Below, piece by piece: positions 50,050 to 62,685 of a stretch of DNA of 64,000 bases. The stretch covers positions 558,001 through 622,000 of the forward strand of contig JABVCE010000004.1 in assembly GCA_014905635.1 (NCBI GenBank). The letters are read 5' to 3'. The notes under the pieces are model-generated. The model saw only the letters and a list, made by a program, of their open reading frames with translations. It ran no database searches and was not told the origin of the DNA. Each line of letters starts with the position of its first letter. Position 1 is the stretch's first letter. The position numbers were made by a program, and so were the translations under genes. This DNA is from Scenedesmus sp. PABB004. Lineage: Eukaryota.

Positions 50050-53000
50050 CCGCCGCCGCCCCCTCGGGGTCCAGCAGCGTCATCGCAAAGGCGAGGCGGT
50101 TGGCCTCCACCTCCGGCGGCGCCGCGCCGCCAAACCACGCGCCCGCGAGCACGCGCGCGAGGCCCTGCAGCGTGACCCCGCTCGCCGCCGCGGCGCGGGG
50201 CGCGAGCGCGGCGCGGAGCAGGGCCAGGCAGTGCCGCAGCGTCGCCCACTCCGCCACGCTCATGCCGTCGCTGAGCAGCGAGCTGCAGGCCTGCGGGTGC
50301 GGCACGCAGTGCGCGAGCGCCGCCGACACTGCGGGCGGCAGCAGCGGCTCCGGCAGCTGCTGCGTCATCAGCAGCAGCGCCGCCGCGGCCTGGTGCGGCG
50401 TGACGTGTGCCGGCAGGGGCACGCCTGCGTCGAGCGCCCACCGCACCGGCGCCGTGGCCGCCAGCAGCGCGAGCTGGTCGGGCTGCGGCTGCAGCTCCCC
50501 CGGCAGCAGCTGCTGCTCCTGCTCTGCTGCGCCGGCGCTGCTGCCGCTGCAGCAGATGCGCGCGCTGTGCACGAACAGGCCAGGCGTGTGGAGGTGCGCC
50601 TGCGGCGGGCGGGCGGCGGCGGCGCCGACGACGTGAGCAGCTTGCTCGACGGCGCGGATGCACCGCCGGCATCACGCCGGCAGCGCGTCGAGGGCCCGCT
50701 CACGTGCAGGAAGCTGACCAGGCGCTGCACCTCCTTGGGCACCCGCCCCTCCAGCCCCGTCCGCAGCTCCGCCGCGCCGCCTGCGGCCGCGTCGCCGTCG
50801 CCCAGCGCGAGCCCCTCCACGCCGGCCGACAGCTGCGCCGCGCCCCCGCCGGCGGCGCCGCCGCGCGGCGCCAGCCCCGCGGCCAGCAGCGCGTCGCCGC
50901 CGTCGCCGAGCGCGTCGCGCGGAAGCACTGGCGCGGCGCCGAGCGCGAGCAGCGCGTCCAGGTCCATGCCGAAGCAGCTCGGCAGCGCGGTGCCGCGGCA
51001 GCTGATGAAGCTGTCGGTGCCGTCCTCGAGGCGAAGAATCAGGATCGTGTCCAGCCCGCCGGCGGGGCCCCCCGGGGGCGCCGGCGCCGCCGCGAGCTGC
51101 GCCGCCGCGCTGCTCGGCCCGCCGCCGGTGATGAGGGCAGTGAGCGTGATCGTCGCGGACTCGCCTGCGCCGCGGCGGCAGAGACGGGCGCTGCCAGTCA
51201 GCGGCGGGCGCCGCCGCCGGCTCGGGGGACCGCCGCTACGGGCGCACGCGCGCCCGCCAGAGGCCCCTCCCCTCCCCTTGGTCCCCACTGTGCCACCGCG
51301 CGCGCCCGGCCCGCGCACCTGGCGCGACCTCGCCCTCCGTCGGCTCGACCTGCAGCCAGGGCGGCGCGAGCGGCTGGCTGTCGTCCCACTGCATCACGCC
51401 GCCGCTGCTGAGGCGGGGCATGGGCGGCGCAACGAAATAGAAGCGTGCTGGCGCGGGCCCGACGTTGGCCAGCGTCACGGCCGCGCGGCGCGGCTCGCCA
51501 AAGGGCACCGCGTGCAGCTCCACAAAGTTGGGGCTCAGCGTGCAGCTGCGCCGGCCGGGCGAGGCAGGGCACGGCGGGGCGGGGCACGCAGTGGGGCGTC
51601 CGCGCGGTGCATGCGGCGACCGCGCAGCGGTGCCGCCCCGCCCGCGGCGGCGCGCGCGCCGCACCGCGGGCGCGAGGCGTTGTCCGACACATCCAGCGCG
51701 CGGCGGCACGACTCGGCCAGCTGCCGCACGGCGTCGCGGTCGTACCTGCGGCGCGCGTGCCGGGCCCCAGCGGCGGCGGCGCTCAGCGCAGCCCCGTCAG
51801 GCGCAGGCGCGCTCCGCGCAGCACTGCCCGCGGCCTGCGGCGCGCGCGCACCTGTGCGCCTGCAGCAGGAACGCCGCCGCCACGGGGCGGTGGTCGCTCA
51901 CCACCAGCTCGCCGCGCCCGTACGCGAGCTGGTGCAGCGCGCCGCCCGCCAGCCACAGCACGCGGTCGCACCACGCGGGCGTGCGTCGCTTCTGCTTCTC
52001 AACCGCCGGCGAGTCGCGCCCCGCGCCGCCGGCCTCGGCTGCGCGCCGCGGCGGGGCGGCAGCGCGCGTTGGGTCCCCCGACCACCACCGCCGCGGCCCG
52101 CGCCGGGGCGGGCGGCGGCGCTCGCGACGCAGCGCAGCGCGCACCCTCCGCGCCGCCCGCCGCGCCGTCGCTGTCGGCGAGGCTCGCGCCGCTGTCGACG
52201 GCACGCAGGCCGGCCGCGAGCCCGGGGGGCAGCGCGTCGCCGCTGTACACGTTGCAGCCGAGGTGATACTTGTAGGTCGGCGGGAAGGAGATGGGCCCCT
52301 CGCGCCACCCCTGGCCACCAGGCGCGCGCGCAGGGGACGGCCCGTCAACGGGCGGCGAGCGCGTGCATCAGCAGCGCCGCGCGCCGGCGCGCGCGCGGCG
52401 GCCACCGCGCGCGGGCGCACCGCAAACACGCGGCCCGCCTCCATCTCCCGGCTGAGCTGGTCGTAGCGCAGCAGCGCCTCCAGCCGCCCCGCGCGGAGCA
52501 GCCTGGCGGCGGCGCGGCGCGGCGCGCGCGTCGCTGACCGCCGCGCCCTCGCCCGCGCCCGCGCCACTGCGCCCCTGCGCCGTGCCGCCGCCGCACCGCC
52601 CCGCCTCGTCGGCGCTGCACGTCAGGCGGTAGTTCAGGTCGCCGAGCCAGATGACGTTGGTGTGCTCCGCGATGGCCGCCAGCCCGCCCCAGTGCCCGCC
52701 GGGCGCCGGCGCCGCGCCGCCGCCGCCGCCAAACGTGCAGCGCCGCAGAATCTCGGCCGCGTCGGCGTTGCGCCGCGCCTCGTCGCCCTCGGCGTCGCCC
52801 GACGCGAGGTGCGCCGCCACGACGACGAGCGACGCGTCGTGCACGCGCAGGCGCAGCGCGGCGGCGCCCTTGTTGCCCAGGTACCCGCCAAAGCCGGTCG
52901 CCGCGGCCGCCGCCTCGACGCCGCGGATGCAGCGCGCGGTGGCCTTGCGCGCCCAGAGCGAGACGTACACGCCCACGAGCTGCTTGCACGCGACCTGAAG

Positions 53001-54228
53001 GTGAGTGCGGCCGGGCGCGTTGGCGGCAGGCGGGCAGGCCGCGGCCGCCGCAAACGCGTCGCAACGCGCCGTGCTGGCGCGCCAGCCCACCTGCACGTAG
53101 ACGTCGTCCCCGTCCTCGGCGCTCTCGAGCGCGAGCGCGAGCCGCGCCTGCTGCGCCGCGTCCTCGCCGCCGCCGGCGCCGCCGCCGGCCCAGACCTTGT
53201 CCATTGCGCCCACCACGCTGGCGGCCTGGCTGGAAATCATGTTGTACGCATACGACGCCTTGGGCGCGCGGCGGGGACGGGCGGCGGACGCGGGCGCGGC
53301 GGGTGGCCGAGCAGGCGGGTGGGCGCTCGCTGCGGCGCGGGCCGGCGGCGCGCCCCCGGCCGCGAGCGCGCCTCGTCGGCCCCGAGCGCACCTGGCTGCC
53401 GGCCTCGGCGGCCGGCGCGGAGCCAAAGGTGCGGCCGAAGTTGCGCGCCGCCCAGTCGTCGCCGTTGAGCGTCGCAGCGAGCGTGTGGTCCCACGCGTCG
53501 GCGCCCGCGGCGCTCGGCCCGGCGATGACGTTGCCGGCCGACAGCGGCACGACCTCCTGGAAGCCCACGACGACGATGTCGGGCCCGCACGCGCCGCCGC
53601 CGCGCGGCGCCGCGCCGGGCCAGCACGCGCGCCACTGGTCCAGCCACTCGTGCAGGCGCAGCCCCGGCGGCGGGCGCTTGCCGGCGACGTTGTAGGTGCC
53701 CGCCTGCGCCGCCGTAAGGTGCGGTCGCGCGCGGCGAATGTGGCCCGGCGGCCGCGCGCTGCGCGCTGCGCGTCGCACGGCGGCGGGCGCACCAGGACCC
53801 TGACGTCGTGTGTCTCGGTGTACTCGCCCGCCGGGCGCGCAAAGAACTGCGCGTGCAGCTTGGCGCTGCGGAAGTCGCGCAGCAAGTGCTCCAGCACGGG
53901 GTCGGGCCGGCCCGGCGCGGCCGCGCCGCCGGCGCCTGCGGGCGCAGCAGCGGCGGGTGGGGCGGTTGCGCTGCCGGCCGCGGCGAGGGGCCCGGCCCTG
54001 GCCTATCCCGCTCTGGCCTGCGCAGGCGCAGCTCCCAGCTCTCACCGCCAGCAGGCGGCGCCGGCTCCAGCTGCTTGCCCTGCGCAGCGCAGCGCCGGGC
54101 GGCGCAGCGGCGGTCGCGCGGCGCTCGAGCGGGCCGGCGGGCCGAGCGCGCGGCCCAGCCGTTTCCCAGGCCCACCCACGCAGCTCACGCACCACCAGGC
54201 CCGCCGCGCGGTTGAGCAGCGACTTCAT
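49916..54228 (-). CDS. Inositol polyphosphate 5-phosphatase with ASH and RhoGAP-like domains (OCRL/INPP5B architecture)
   Basis: TYNVAG, DIVVVGFQEVVPL, KQLVG, GYLGNKG, HLASG, WLGDLNYR, DQL, FPPTYKY, TPAWCDRVLW, SDHRPV. Then ASH-like segment, LDTILILRLEDG.DSFI..PSCFGMDL, and VPKEVQRLVSFL..HTPGLF. Confidence 0.9.
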
Positions 54229-54451
54229 CCCGCCGCCCGCGCCTGCGTCCGCTGCTCCGCCGCAGGGCGCTGCACGACCGGGCCGCCAACCGGGCCGCCA
54301 ACCGGGCGTGTGGGGAGCGGGAAGCGCACTGCCAACTGAAGGAGGTTGGGCGGCGGCTCGGGTTCCCCGCGGACTGACGCGCCGCGGCGCAGCGTTCGAC
54401 GCTCAGCGCCGCTCGCCGTGCGCCAGACCCGTGGCGCGGCGAGCCGGCAGC

Positions 54452-55629
54452 ATGTCGGCGTTGTCACGGCTGGCTGTCAGCTTGGACGTGGGAACCAGCA
54501 GGCGAGCGGCGGCAGCAGCGGGCCGCGCACGGCTGCGCGCGAGCTGACCGGCCGCCGCGCCGCGCGCGCAGGCCCGCCACCGCGTGCGGCGGCGGCGGCT
54601 CGCTCAGGGAGCCTGACAGCAAGGGCGCGCCGCCGCCGCAGCCGGGGAGCAGCCGGGGAGCGCGGCCAGGTGGTGCCGCGCCACAGGCGGCTGTGGCTCC
54701 GGCGCCGGCGCGCCCGGTGAAGCCCCTCGTGTGCTGCCCAGTGGGGAGCAGCTTGCGCGTGTCGCAGCAAGCAGCAGCGGCGGCAGCAGCGCCAGCAGCT
54801 GGCGCTGGCGGAGGCACGCTGCGGCGCATGCGGTGTGTGCCGCTGGCGAGCGCCGGCCCGGCGAGGCCGTGCTCAGCTGCGGCCGGCGCTCGCCCACCGA
54901 CGGCGGGGCCGCCGCTGCGGCCTGGTTCGGCGGCGGCGGCGCGCATCCTGCGCAGCTGCCGGCGTGCAGCGGGCGGCGGCCAAGGGTGGCAGCACTGCTG
55001 GCAGCTGGGCACGAAGCAGCCGCAGCCGCCGGCGCCGGACGGGGCACCCAGCTGGTGCCGCGCCGGGCCGCCGAGCGGCGGCGCGGACGACCCGGGCCGC
55101 CCCTCGACCGCCGCGGTGCGCGCGCTGCTCGCGAGCGCGGACGGCCTCGCCGACGGCGTGGCGGAGCGGCTCGCGCACTATCGAGCCATCAACAGCGCCA
55201 ACGACGCGTGCGAGGAGGGGCTGGACCTGCTGCACAACCCAGCGAGCGCGGCGGCAGAGGCCGAGGAGGCCGCGGCGGCCGCGCGTGAGCCCCGCGCGCG
55301 CTCTGCGCTGCGCGCAGCTGGGATGCCGCTTCGCGCCCTTGAGCTGCGCGTCGCTTGACCTGCAGCCGCCGCCGCCGCGCGCAGGCCTGCTGCCGGCGTG
55401 GCTGCGGCCCGGCTCGGCGGCCGCGGGCGCGCAGGCCGCGCCGATGGTGCTTCGACTCGACGCCGCTGACGGCGGGACGACGGCGCCCAGCGAGGCGGCC
55501 GAGGCCGCGCTGCTGTCCGACGCGCTGGCGGCTGAGCTGGAGCACCTGAGCCTGGCACAGCTGCGGGAGCTGCTGGCGCTCGCGCGGCAGGCCACGGGCG
55601 GCGCGCCGGCGAGTGCACGCGAGCCGTGA
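54452..55629 (+). CDS. Hypothetical protein (about 3 exons)
   Basis: ATG 54452, GC donor 54502, long exon to about 55285, last exon LLSDALAAELEHLSLAQLRELLALARQ...EP*. No recognisable domain; second intron phase uncertain. Confidence 0.45.
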
Positions 55630-56073
55630 TCGGCAGCGCGGGAGCCGGCGCCGCGCCGCCGCCGCCACGCGGACCGGGCTGTCGATGCGGCGATGCGGTG
55701 AGGCGACATCTCGCCGTCGGTGGGGGCCACGCCAGGTCAAGATAAGTCACGAGCGCAGCCTGGCCTCGGGCGGCTCCGTGGGCAGTGCGCCGCGGTCGCG
55801 CGCGACCTGGCAGTGGCTCATCGAGTTCATCGAGCTGAGAGAGAGCTTTTGCGCAGCTCGTGGGACTCAGCGTCGCTAACACCACGCGCGGCTGGCCAGC
55901 ACCCGCACATAACACGGCCCTGGCTGCCCGGCGCAGCGCTCGCGCCGCCCCCGGCCAGGCGCACACACTCCCTGCCACCCCCGCGTGCTGCCCCACCCCC
56001 CCGGCAGCACTCCATCACCTCCCCGAGCCCCCCCACACCCCCCATCCATCCCACCGCAGTTGCATCCCCGACC

Positions 56074-58758
56074 ATGCCGTTCTCGCCGCAGCAGCAGTTT
56101 GCCGGGCAGACGGTGCTACTCACCGGCGGCCTGGGCTACCTGGGCAGCATCGTTCTGGAGCAGCTGCTCCGCCTGACCGAGGTGCGGGGAGCTGGCGATG
56201 ATGGCCGCGCCCGTGCCGCGCGCCGCCCGCCCGCGACGGCGCGGCGCGCGGCAGGCGTCGCGATGGACCCGTCACACGTCGTGCCAGCCCTGGGCGGGGC
56301 CTCCGGCCGCGCCGCGGCACGGCACGCTGTTCCCGCGCTTTCGCGCCCTCGGCAGCAGATGCGCCGTGCCCGAGCGCCGCGCCGCCGGGCCCGCGCGCCG
56401 ACGCGCGCAGGTCAAGCGCGTCTACCTGCTCGTCCGCGGCAAGCGCCAGCACAGCGCCGCGAAGCGCGTGGAGGACCTGCTGTGCGGGCCGCTCTTCCAC
56501 CTGCTGCACAAGGACGCCGCCGCCGATGGCGCGCGCAACCCCTTTGCCGCGGTGCAGGCCGTGGAGGGCGACCTCACGCAGCCTAGCCTCGGCCTGGCGC
56601 CGGCGGACCTGGAGATGCTGCAGCGCGAGGTCAGCGTCGTGCTGCACTGCGGCGCCAACATCGAGCTCGACGCCGACGTCCAGATGACCCTGAAGTGAGC
56701 TCGGCCCCTGCACGCGGCTGCAGCAGCAACGCAGCGCGGCCAGCACGGAGCCGGCGAGCGACCCGGGCGCCGCGGCAGCAGCGGCCGGCGGCGGGGTTTG
56801 GGCCCGGGGCGCCGAGCGCCGAGCGCCGCCGCGCCTGCCGCCGGCTCGCAGGAACAACTACATGGGCACCATGGAGATGATGCGCGTGGCGTCTGGCATG
56901 ACCAGCCTGCGCTCCTTTGTGCACGTGTCGACCTACTTTGTGAGCCGCCGCAGCGCGGCAAGCCAGCAGCCGCGCCGCGCCGCGCGCCCGCGCCTCTCCG
57001 CCCAGGACCCGGGACCCGGCCCACAGCGGCGCCGCCGCCGCTGCCGCCCAGGTGAACAACCACCTGCCGCGCAACAGCGTGGTCAAGGAGCAGATCTACC
57101 CCGTGCCGCTGCAGGTCGGCGGCGTCGCGATGAGCCACGCCGAGTACGTGGCCGCGATGCTCGCGATGACGCCGGAGCAGGCCAACAAGCAGACGGCCGA
57201 GCTCATGGCCGCCCTGAACTTCACGAGCACCTACGCCTTTGGCAAGCACCTGACCGAGCAGCTCGTGGACGCGACGGTCATCCGCCCCGGCGTGAGCCGC
57301 GCGATCGTGCGGCCGAGCCTCATCGCCAGCATCGCGCACGAGCCCTACCCCGGGTGCGCCCCGCGCAGCGGCCCCGGCGCCCGCTCCCCCGCCCGACCGC
57401 GCGGCCGCCGGGGCGTGCTGCGCGGCCGCGCGCGCACGCGCGCCGGCGCGCGCGCCCCGACGCCGCGCCGCGCCGCGCCGCGCCGCCGCAGGTACATCAA
57501 CAGCTACGCCGGCGCGGGCGGCTACACCATGGGTGCGCGCCGGCAGCGCGTCGCGTCGCGTCGCGCGCCGCCGCCGCCGCGCCGTGGCGCCGCCGCCGCC
57601 GCCGCCGCCGGCGCGCGCCGGCCCCGCCCCCCGCGCCCCGCCCCGCCCACGGCCGCGCCGCCGCGCGGCGCGCGCGCGCGCCCGCCCCCGTGCCAGGCTA
57701 CGCGCTGGGCTTCTTCCAGGGCGTCAAGAGCGTAGCCTACGCGTCTGACACCATCCTCGACCTCATCCCCGCCGACGTGGTCGCCGCGCTCGTCATCGCC
57801 GCCGGCGCCGCCGCGGCGGCGACGTCGGGCTCCGCCAGCGCCGACCGCGCGGCCGTGATCTTCCACGCCGCGAGCGCCGAGAGCGGGCCGCTGAGCATCG
57901 GGCGCTGCTTTGAGGCGATGGCGCGCTTCTGGCGCGCCAACCCGCCGCCGCTCTGCCTGCCCGCGACGCGGTGCGGCCGCGCGGGGCGCGCGCGCGCGCG
58001 CGCGCGCGGGGCTGGCGCGCAGCCTCGGACGCGCGCGCGCACATTCACACGCACACCCCGCCACGCCCGCGCGCTCTCACACGCTCTCGCACGCGCGCCG
58101 CGGCCGCCGCCGCCGTCGCAGGTACGTGCGCATGAAGGGCGCGCACGAGCCGACGCAGGAGGGCATCAGCCGCGGCGCGGCCGCGGCGCGGCTGCGCATC
58201 AAGCTCGTCGGCGGGCTGCTGAAGCTCGCGGGCAAGCGCCGCGAGTGCCGCGCGCTCAAGATGGGGTTCAAGGCCTTCAGCGTGCACAACTCGATCGCGT
58301 ACGGCAAGTCAATCGTGTGCGCCGTGGACAACTGCCGCGCGCTGCGCGCGCAGATGAGCGCCAAGGAGGCCGGCGCGTGGCCGATCGTGTGGGAGGAGAC
58401 GCCCGGCCACACGTGGGAGGACTACGGCCAGACGTTCATGGCCGGCGTGCGGCGGCTGCTCTTCCGCATGGATGCGACGAGCAAGCGCGCGATCGGCAGC
58501 GGCGTCGACTTCAAGGCCATGCCCGCGGCGAGCCCCGCGGCGCTGCACCGCGCCGGCAGCGGCGGCCCGCAGCGCGCGGCCAGCAGCGGCAGCGACGGCG
58601 CCGCGAGCAGCTCGCTCGGCGACAGCGCCGCGAGCGAGCGCTGCGGCGGCGGCGCGCCCGCGGCCGACGCGGCGCTGGCGGCCAAGCAGGCGGCGGCGGC
58701 GGCGCTGGCGGCCGAGGCGCAGCAACCGCAGGAGCTGCTGAAGGCGGTGGCGGCCTAA
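56074..58758 (+). CDS. FAR: Fatty acyl-CoA reductase (alcohol-forming, male-sterility/NAD_binding_4 family)
   Basis: TVLLTGGLGYLGSIVLEQLLR, VYLLVRGKR, AVEGDL, VVLHCGA, FVHVST, TYAFGK (YxxxK), IVRPSLI..EPYPGY, DLIPADVV. Confidence 0.88.
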
Positions 58759-59591
58759 CGCCGCGCCCCCGGCGGGCGCGGGCGTGGGCGGGCGAATAGA
58801 GCGTGCAGAGGCCTCGGACCCCCCAAGCGCCTGGCTTGGCCCGCCGCCGCTGCGACACGCGGCCGCGCCGGCCGGCGGCCGAGTGCCCTGCCACGCGCGC
58901 GCGCGCGCGCGCGCACCCCCCGGACACCCCGGCCAGCGCGCTGCGCGCCTGCGCAGGCGCGCAGCGCCTGCCCCAGGGCCTTGATTCGTCAACGATGTGA
59001 GGGCCCTCGCGCCGCCGCCGCGAGGGCAGGCGGCGGCCGCCCGCCGCGCCGTGTGGGCGGCGCGGCGGCCTGTGCAGGCTTGTGTGTGCTGTGCCCGTTG
59101 AGCGGCGGCCCTGCAGAACCAACCGCAGCGCCGCGGCGCGCGCGTCGGCTGGCGCGGCCCGGCGCGGCACGGCGCGGCGCGCGCGCTGCCGAGGCTGCAC
59201 CGGCCCCTTCTCAGCTGTGCTGGCTCACTGCGTGCTTGAATAAGCGCACCTCTGGCTGTTGTGGGCGGGGTGTGCGTAGAAAGCCGAACGGTCGCCCTCG
59301 CGCGGCTGCGCCGTCGACGGCGGCGACCCAAACTCGACACCTGGCGCCCTCTGCGCCCCCGCTCGATTCACCAGCAGCGGCGGTGATGCGCCGGGCCGAT
59401 CTGTCTGGGCTGCAGGCCGCCCCCGGAGCTGTAAACCTGTGAGAGGCCTGCCTGCCGCGGCGCGCGAGTCGGCCCTCGCCGCAGTTACTCCGCGCAACCT
59501 GCCCGGCTGGTTGCGAAACCGTGATGCCGCACAAAATCAAAGCCAGGCGCTCCTCGGCTGTCGCGCCTCAAGCCTCAAGCCACGCCCGCCG

Positions 59592-59828
59592 CCGCGCTGC
59601 CACCGCGGCGGTCGGGCACGCCAGCCCCTGCCCCCATGTTTCGAGCGCACGCGCCCGCGCTGTCACCGCGGGCGCGCCACGCGCTCTCGCGCCACGCGCT
59701 CTGCCCAAAGCCGCACACACACGCCGCCGCCGCGCTGCCACCGCGGCCGCCTCCGCCGGCTCTAACCTCCGCCGGGAGCCCATGCCTCGAGCCACGCGCG
59801 CGCGCACACGCCCGCGCTGCCACCGCGG
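59592..59828. repeat. Four-copy array of a 17-nt palindromic core CCGCGCTG(C/T)CACCGCGG with variable spacers
   Basis: Cores at 59592, 59655, 59730 and 59812. Confidence 0.8.
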
Positions 59829-60187
59829 GCGACGTGCGCACGCGGGCGCCAAGCTTTGCCGCCGCCGCGCGCGTGCATGCCCTGCACGCGGCGCCTGCGC
59901 CGCCAGCCTCGACCTGCCGGGCCTGCCGCCCTAGCCGCAGCTCCGTCACTCACTCCGTCCAGGGGACCCGCCCGCGGCGCGCGCACCCGCGCCGCGCGGT
60001 CCCACTCGCTCCCGCAGGCTCGTCTGCGCGGAGCATCGCCACCAGCCCAAGAACAGAAATAGCCGCCGCAGTCGGCGCGGCGGCGAGCACTCAACCAGGG
60101 AGCGCCCCGCCGCCGAGCGCTGCGCACGCCAGCGAGCGCGCGGTGCCGCCGAGTCGGGCCGCCGCGCGCTCGCGCGCGCTGCCGCGC

Positions 60188-62226
60188 TCAGCCTGCGACG
60201 CCGCAGAGCTCGAGCAGGCTGCCCAGGTCATCGTCGTCGTCTTCATCTGGCGCGGCGCTGCCCAGCCCCGCTGCCATAGGCACGACGCCATAGCCGCCGT
60301 GGCCGCCGGCCGCGCCCGCCGCCGCCTTGGCGGCGACGGGGTCGCCGCCCGGCCAGGAGAGGCCGCCGCCGCCAAAGGCAAAGGCCGGCGGCTGGGGCGC
60401 CGGGGGCGCCGGCCGCGCGGTGAACGCGGGCAGCTGGAAGGGTGGCGGCGCCGCCTTGGCGAGCGGCGCGGGCGCGAAGGCCGGCGCGGGCGTGAAGGTC
60501 GGCGCGGGCGCGAACGCCGGCGCGAACGCCTGCGCAGCGCCGGGCTGCAGCGCGCCCGACAGGATCTCGCGCTGGCGCTGCATCTCCTGCTGCAGCGCAA
60601 AGTCACGCATCGACGCCTCCATCGCAGCCGCCATGGCTGCCGCCTCGTCGTCCGCGCCAGCCGGCGGCGCGGCCGGCCCGCCGGCGTCGCCGCCGCCGCC
60701 GCTGGACGCCGGGCCGGACGACGCACCGGTCGCGCCCGACGCGGCGGGCGAGAGCCCCCGGCTCCACTGCGCGTGCGAGCCCGCCTCGGAGCCCGCCGCG
60801 TCGCCGGCGTCGCCGCCGTCGTCGCTCGCGGCGCTCTCGTCGTCCGAGTCGGACAGGCCGAGCATTCTGTTGTAGGCCTTGAGGTCCGTCACCGCCCTGA
60901 AGCCGCCCATGAGGCCGCCGCCGCCGCCGCCGGCCGCGGCGGCGCTGCTGCCCGCGCCGGCGGGCGCGCTGAAGGTGCTGAGGCTCGACGCGTCGGCTGT
61001 GTCGGCGCTCGCCTCGCTGCCGCCCTCGCCGAGCGCGGCGGCCTCCTTTTTCTTGCGCGCGCGCGCCAGGTTTCGCTTCTGTGCCTTGGTCAGCGCCTCC
61101 TCCAGCACCAGGCCGACGGTCTCGGCCTTGGGCGCGTCGGGGTCGCTGCGTCCGGTGCCGAGCGCCGCGGCGGCCGACGCGCCCGGCTCTGGCACCGCGC
61201 CGAGCCTGTCTGGCGCGGGCCGCACCCAGGCGTTGGGCACGGGCGCCGGGGCGGGCGGTTCACCCTGCGGCGCGCGCGCGCGGCGCGGCGCGGCGGGGCG
61301 GGGCGGGGCGGGGCGGGGCGGGGCGGGGCGGGTCGGCCGCGAGCGGGGGCGGCGCGGCGCCCGCGGCGGCCGCTGCTGCTGCCGGGCCGGCCGCCGCGCG
61401 CGCGCGCGCGCCACTCACTGCAACTTTGCAGCGTTGACATGGTGCGCCTTGGGCGCAGCGGGCGCCTTGGGCTTGGCCGGCTTGGCCGCCGCCGCGGGCG
61501 CTGCCGCCGCGGGCGCTGCCGCCGCGGGCGCGCCGCCCTTGCTGCCGGGCTTGGCGCTCGGCACGACCTGCTGCACTGGCGGCGCCTGGGCCTTCTTTTT
61601 CTTCTCCTCGTTTCTGGGCACGATGGGGTGAGACTTGTCGACCTGCGGCGCGCGGGCGGGGCGGAGTGGTGCGTGGGCGCGGGGGGGGGGGGGGGGGGGG
61701 GGCGGCGCGGCGCGCGCGCGGCTGTCGTCCGCCCCGGCAGCAGCGCCGCGCGCCGCGCGCACCTTTCCCTTGCACTCGTCAGGGAACTTGGTGTTCTTGC
61801 CGCGCCCGCGCGGGCAAGGGAAGCCGGCCTTGCGGTTCCTGCGCGGCGCGGGGCGGAGCGGGGGCGTCGGCGCGCCGCCGCGGCGGCCAGCCGCCGCAGC
61901 GCGCGATCAACAACCGCGCGCGGGCGCCGCACATCTCGAATCCATGCTTCTTGAGATACTTCTCTATGCAGCCCTGGTGGTACATGAGCGAGTCGCAGCG
62001 CGGACACGAGATGGCGACGCATATCTGCGCGCGGGGCGGGGCGGGCTCATTCATGGATGCGCTCGAGAAGCTCCCCGCCCGCCCGCGCGCGCCGCGCCGC
62101 CGCCGCGGCGCTCCCCGGCCGCACCTCTGCGTCGGGGTGCACGTCGTCGCCGCAGAGGTCGCACACGCAGCCGCGCATGTCGCGCAGGCGCGCCACGTCG
62201 CCCGTGTCCACCGCGTAGGTCGGCAT
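60188..62226 (-). CDS. C4HC3 (PHD/RING-variant-like) zinc-finger protein with UIM-like motif
   Basis: Spliced N-terminus CDLC...CPRC..YHQGC..YL...CP(x12)C; Lys/Ala-rich middle with LTKAQKRNLARARKK; DDEAAAMAAAMEASMRD (UIM-like); acidic end DDDDLGSLLELCGVAG*. Confidence 0.65.
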
Positions 62227-62685
62227 GGCGCCACCCGCGCGCGAGGCGCCGTCGAGGCGGGCGCGGGCGCCAAAGCCCGGCCCAGCAGGGCCGGGGGCGG
62301 GCGCGAGGCGGGCCGGGCGCAGGCGGGTGCTGCAGCGAGGCGGGGGATGGGCGCGCGGGGGGCGCCGGTGGGTGCCTGGGCCGTGGCGGGGGCGGGGGTT
62401 GCGGCGGGGGCCGGCGGGGGCACCAGGCACGCCGCTGTTCGAGGGCCCAAGCCTCGCGGTCTAGCGGCGCCCCCGAGGCCGCGCCGAGGCGGCCCTGTGC
62501 AGCCCGGCTGGCCTGTGCAGATCCGGGCGGGCGAGGCGGCGCTGCCAGCGGCAGCGGCGGCGAGCGCGCGGCGCTCGAGCGGCAGCGCGCTGACGCCGTC
62601 GCCGAGCCGCTGAGCGAGGGCGCCGCCGCGTGAGGCGGAGCGTGCGGGGGCCCTCACGACTGACGTTGCACCAGGGATCGCCCCG

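Noticed and set aside
59592..59828. CRISPR array
   Set aside because: The repeat is only 17 nt, spacers are unequal and mutually related, there are no cas genes, and the context is eukaryotic.
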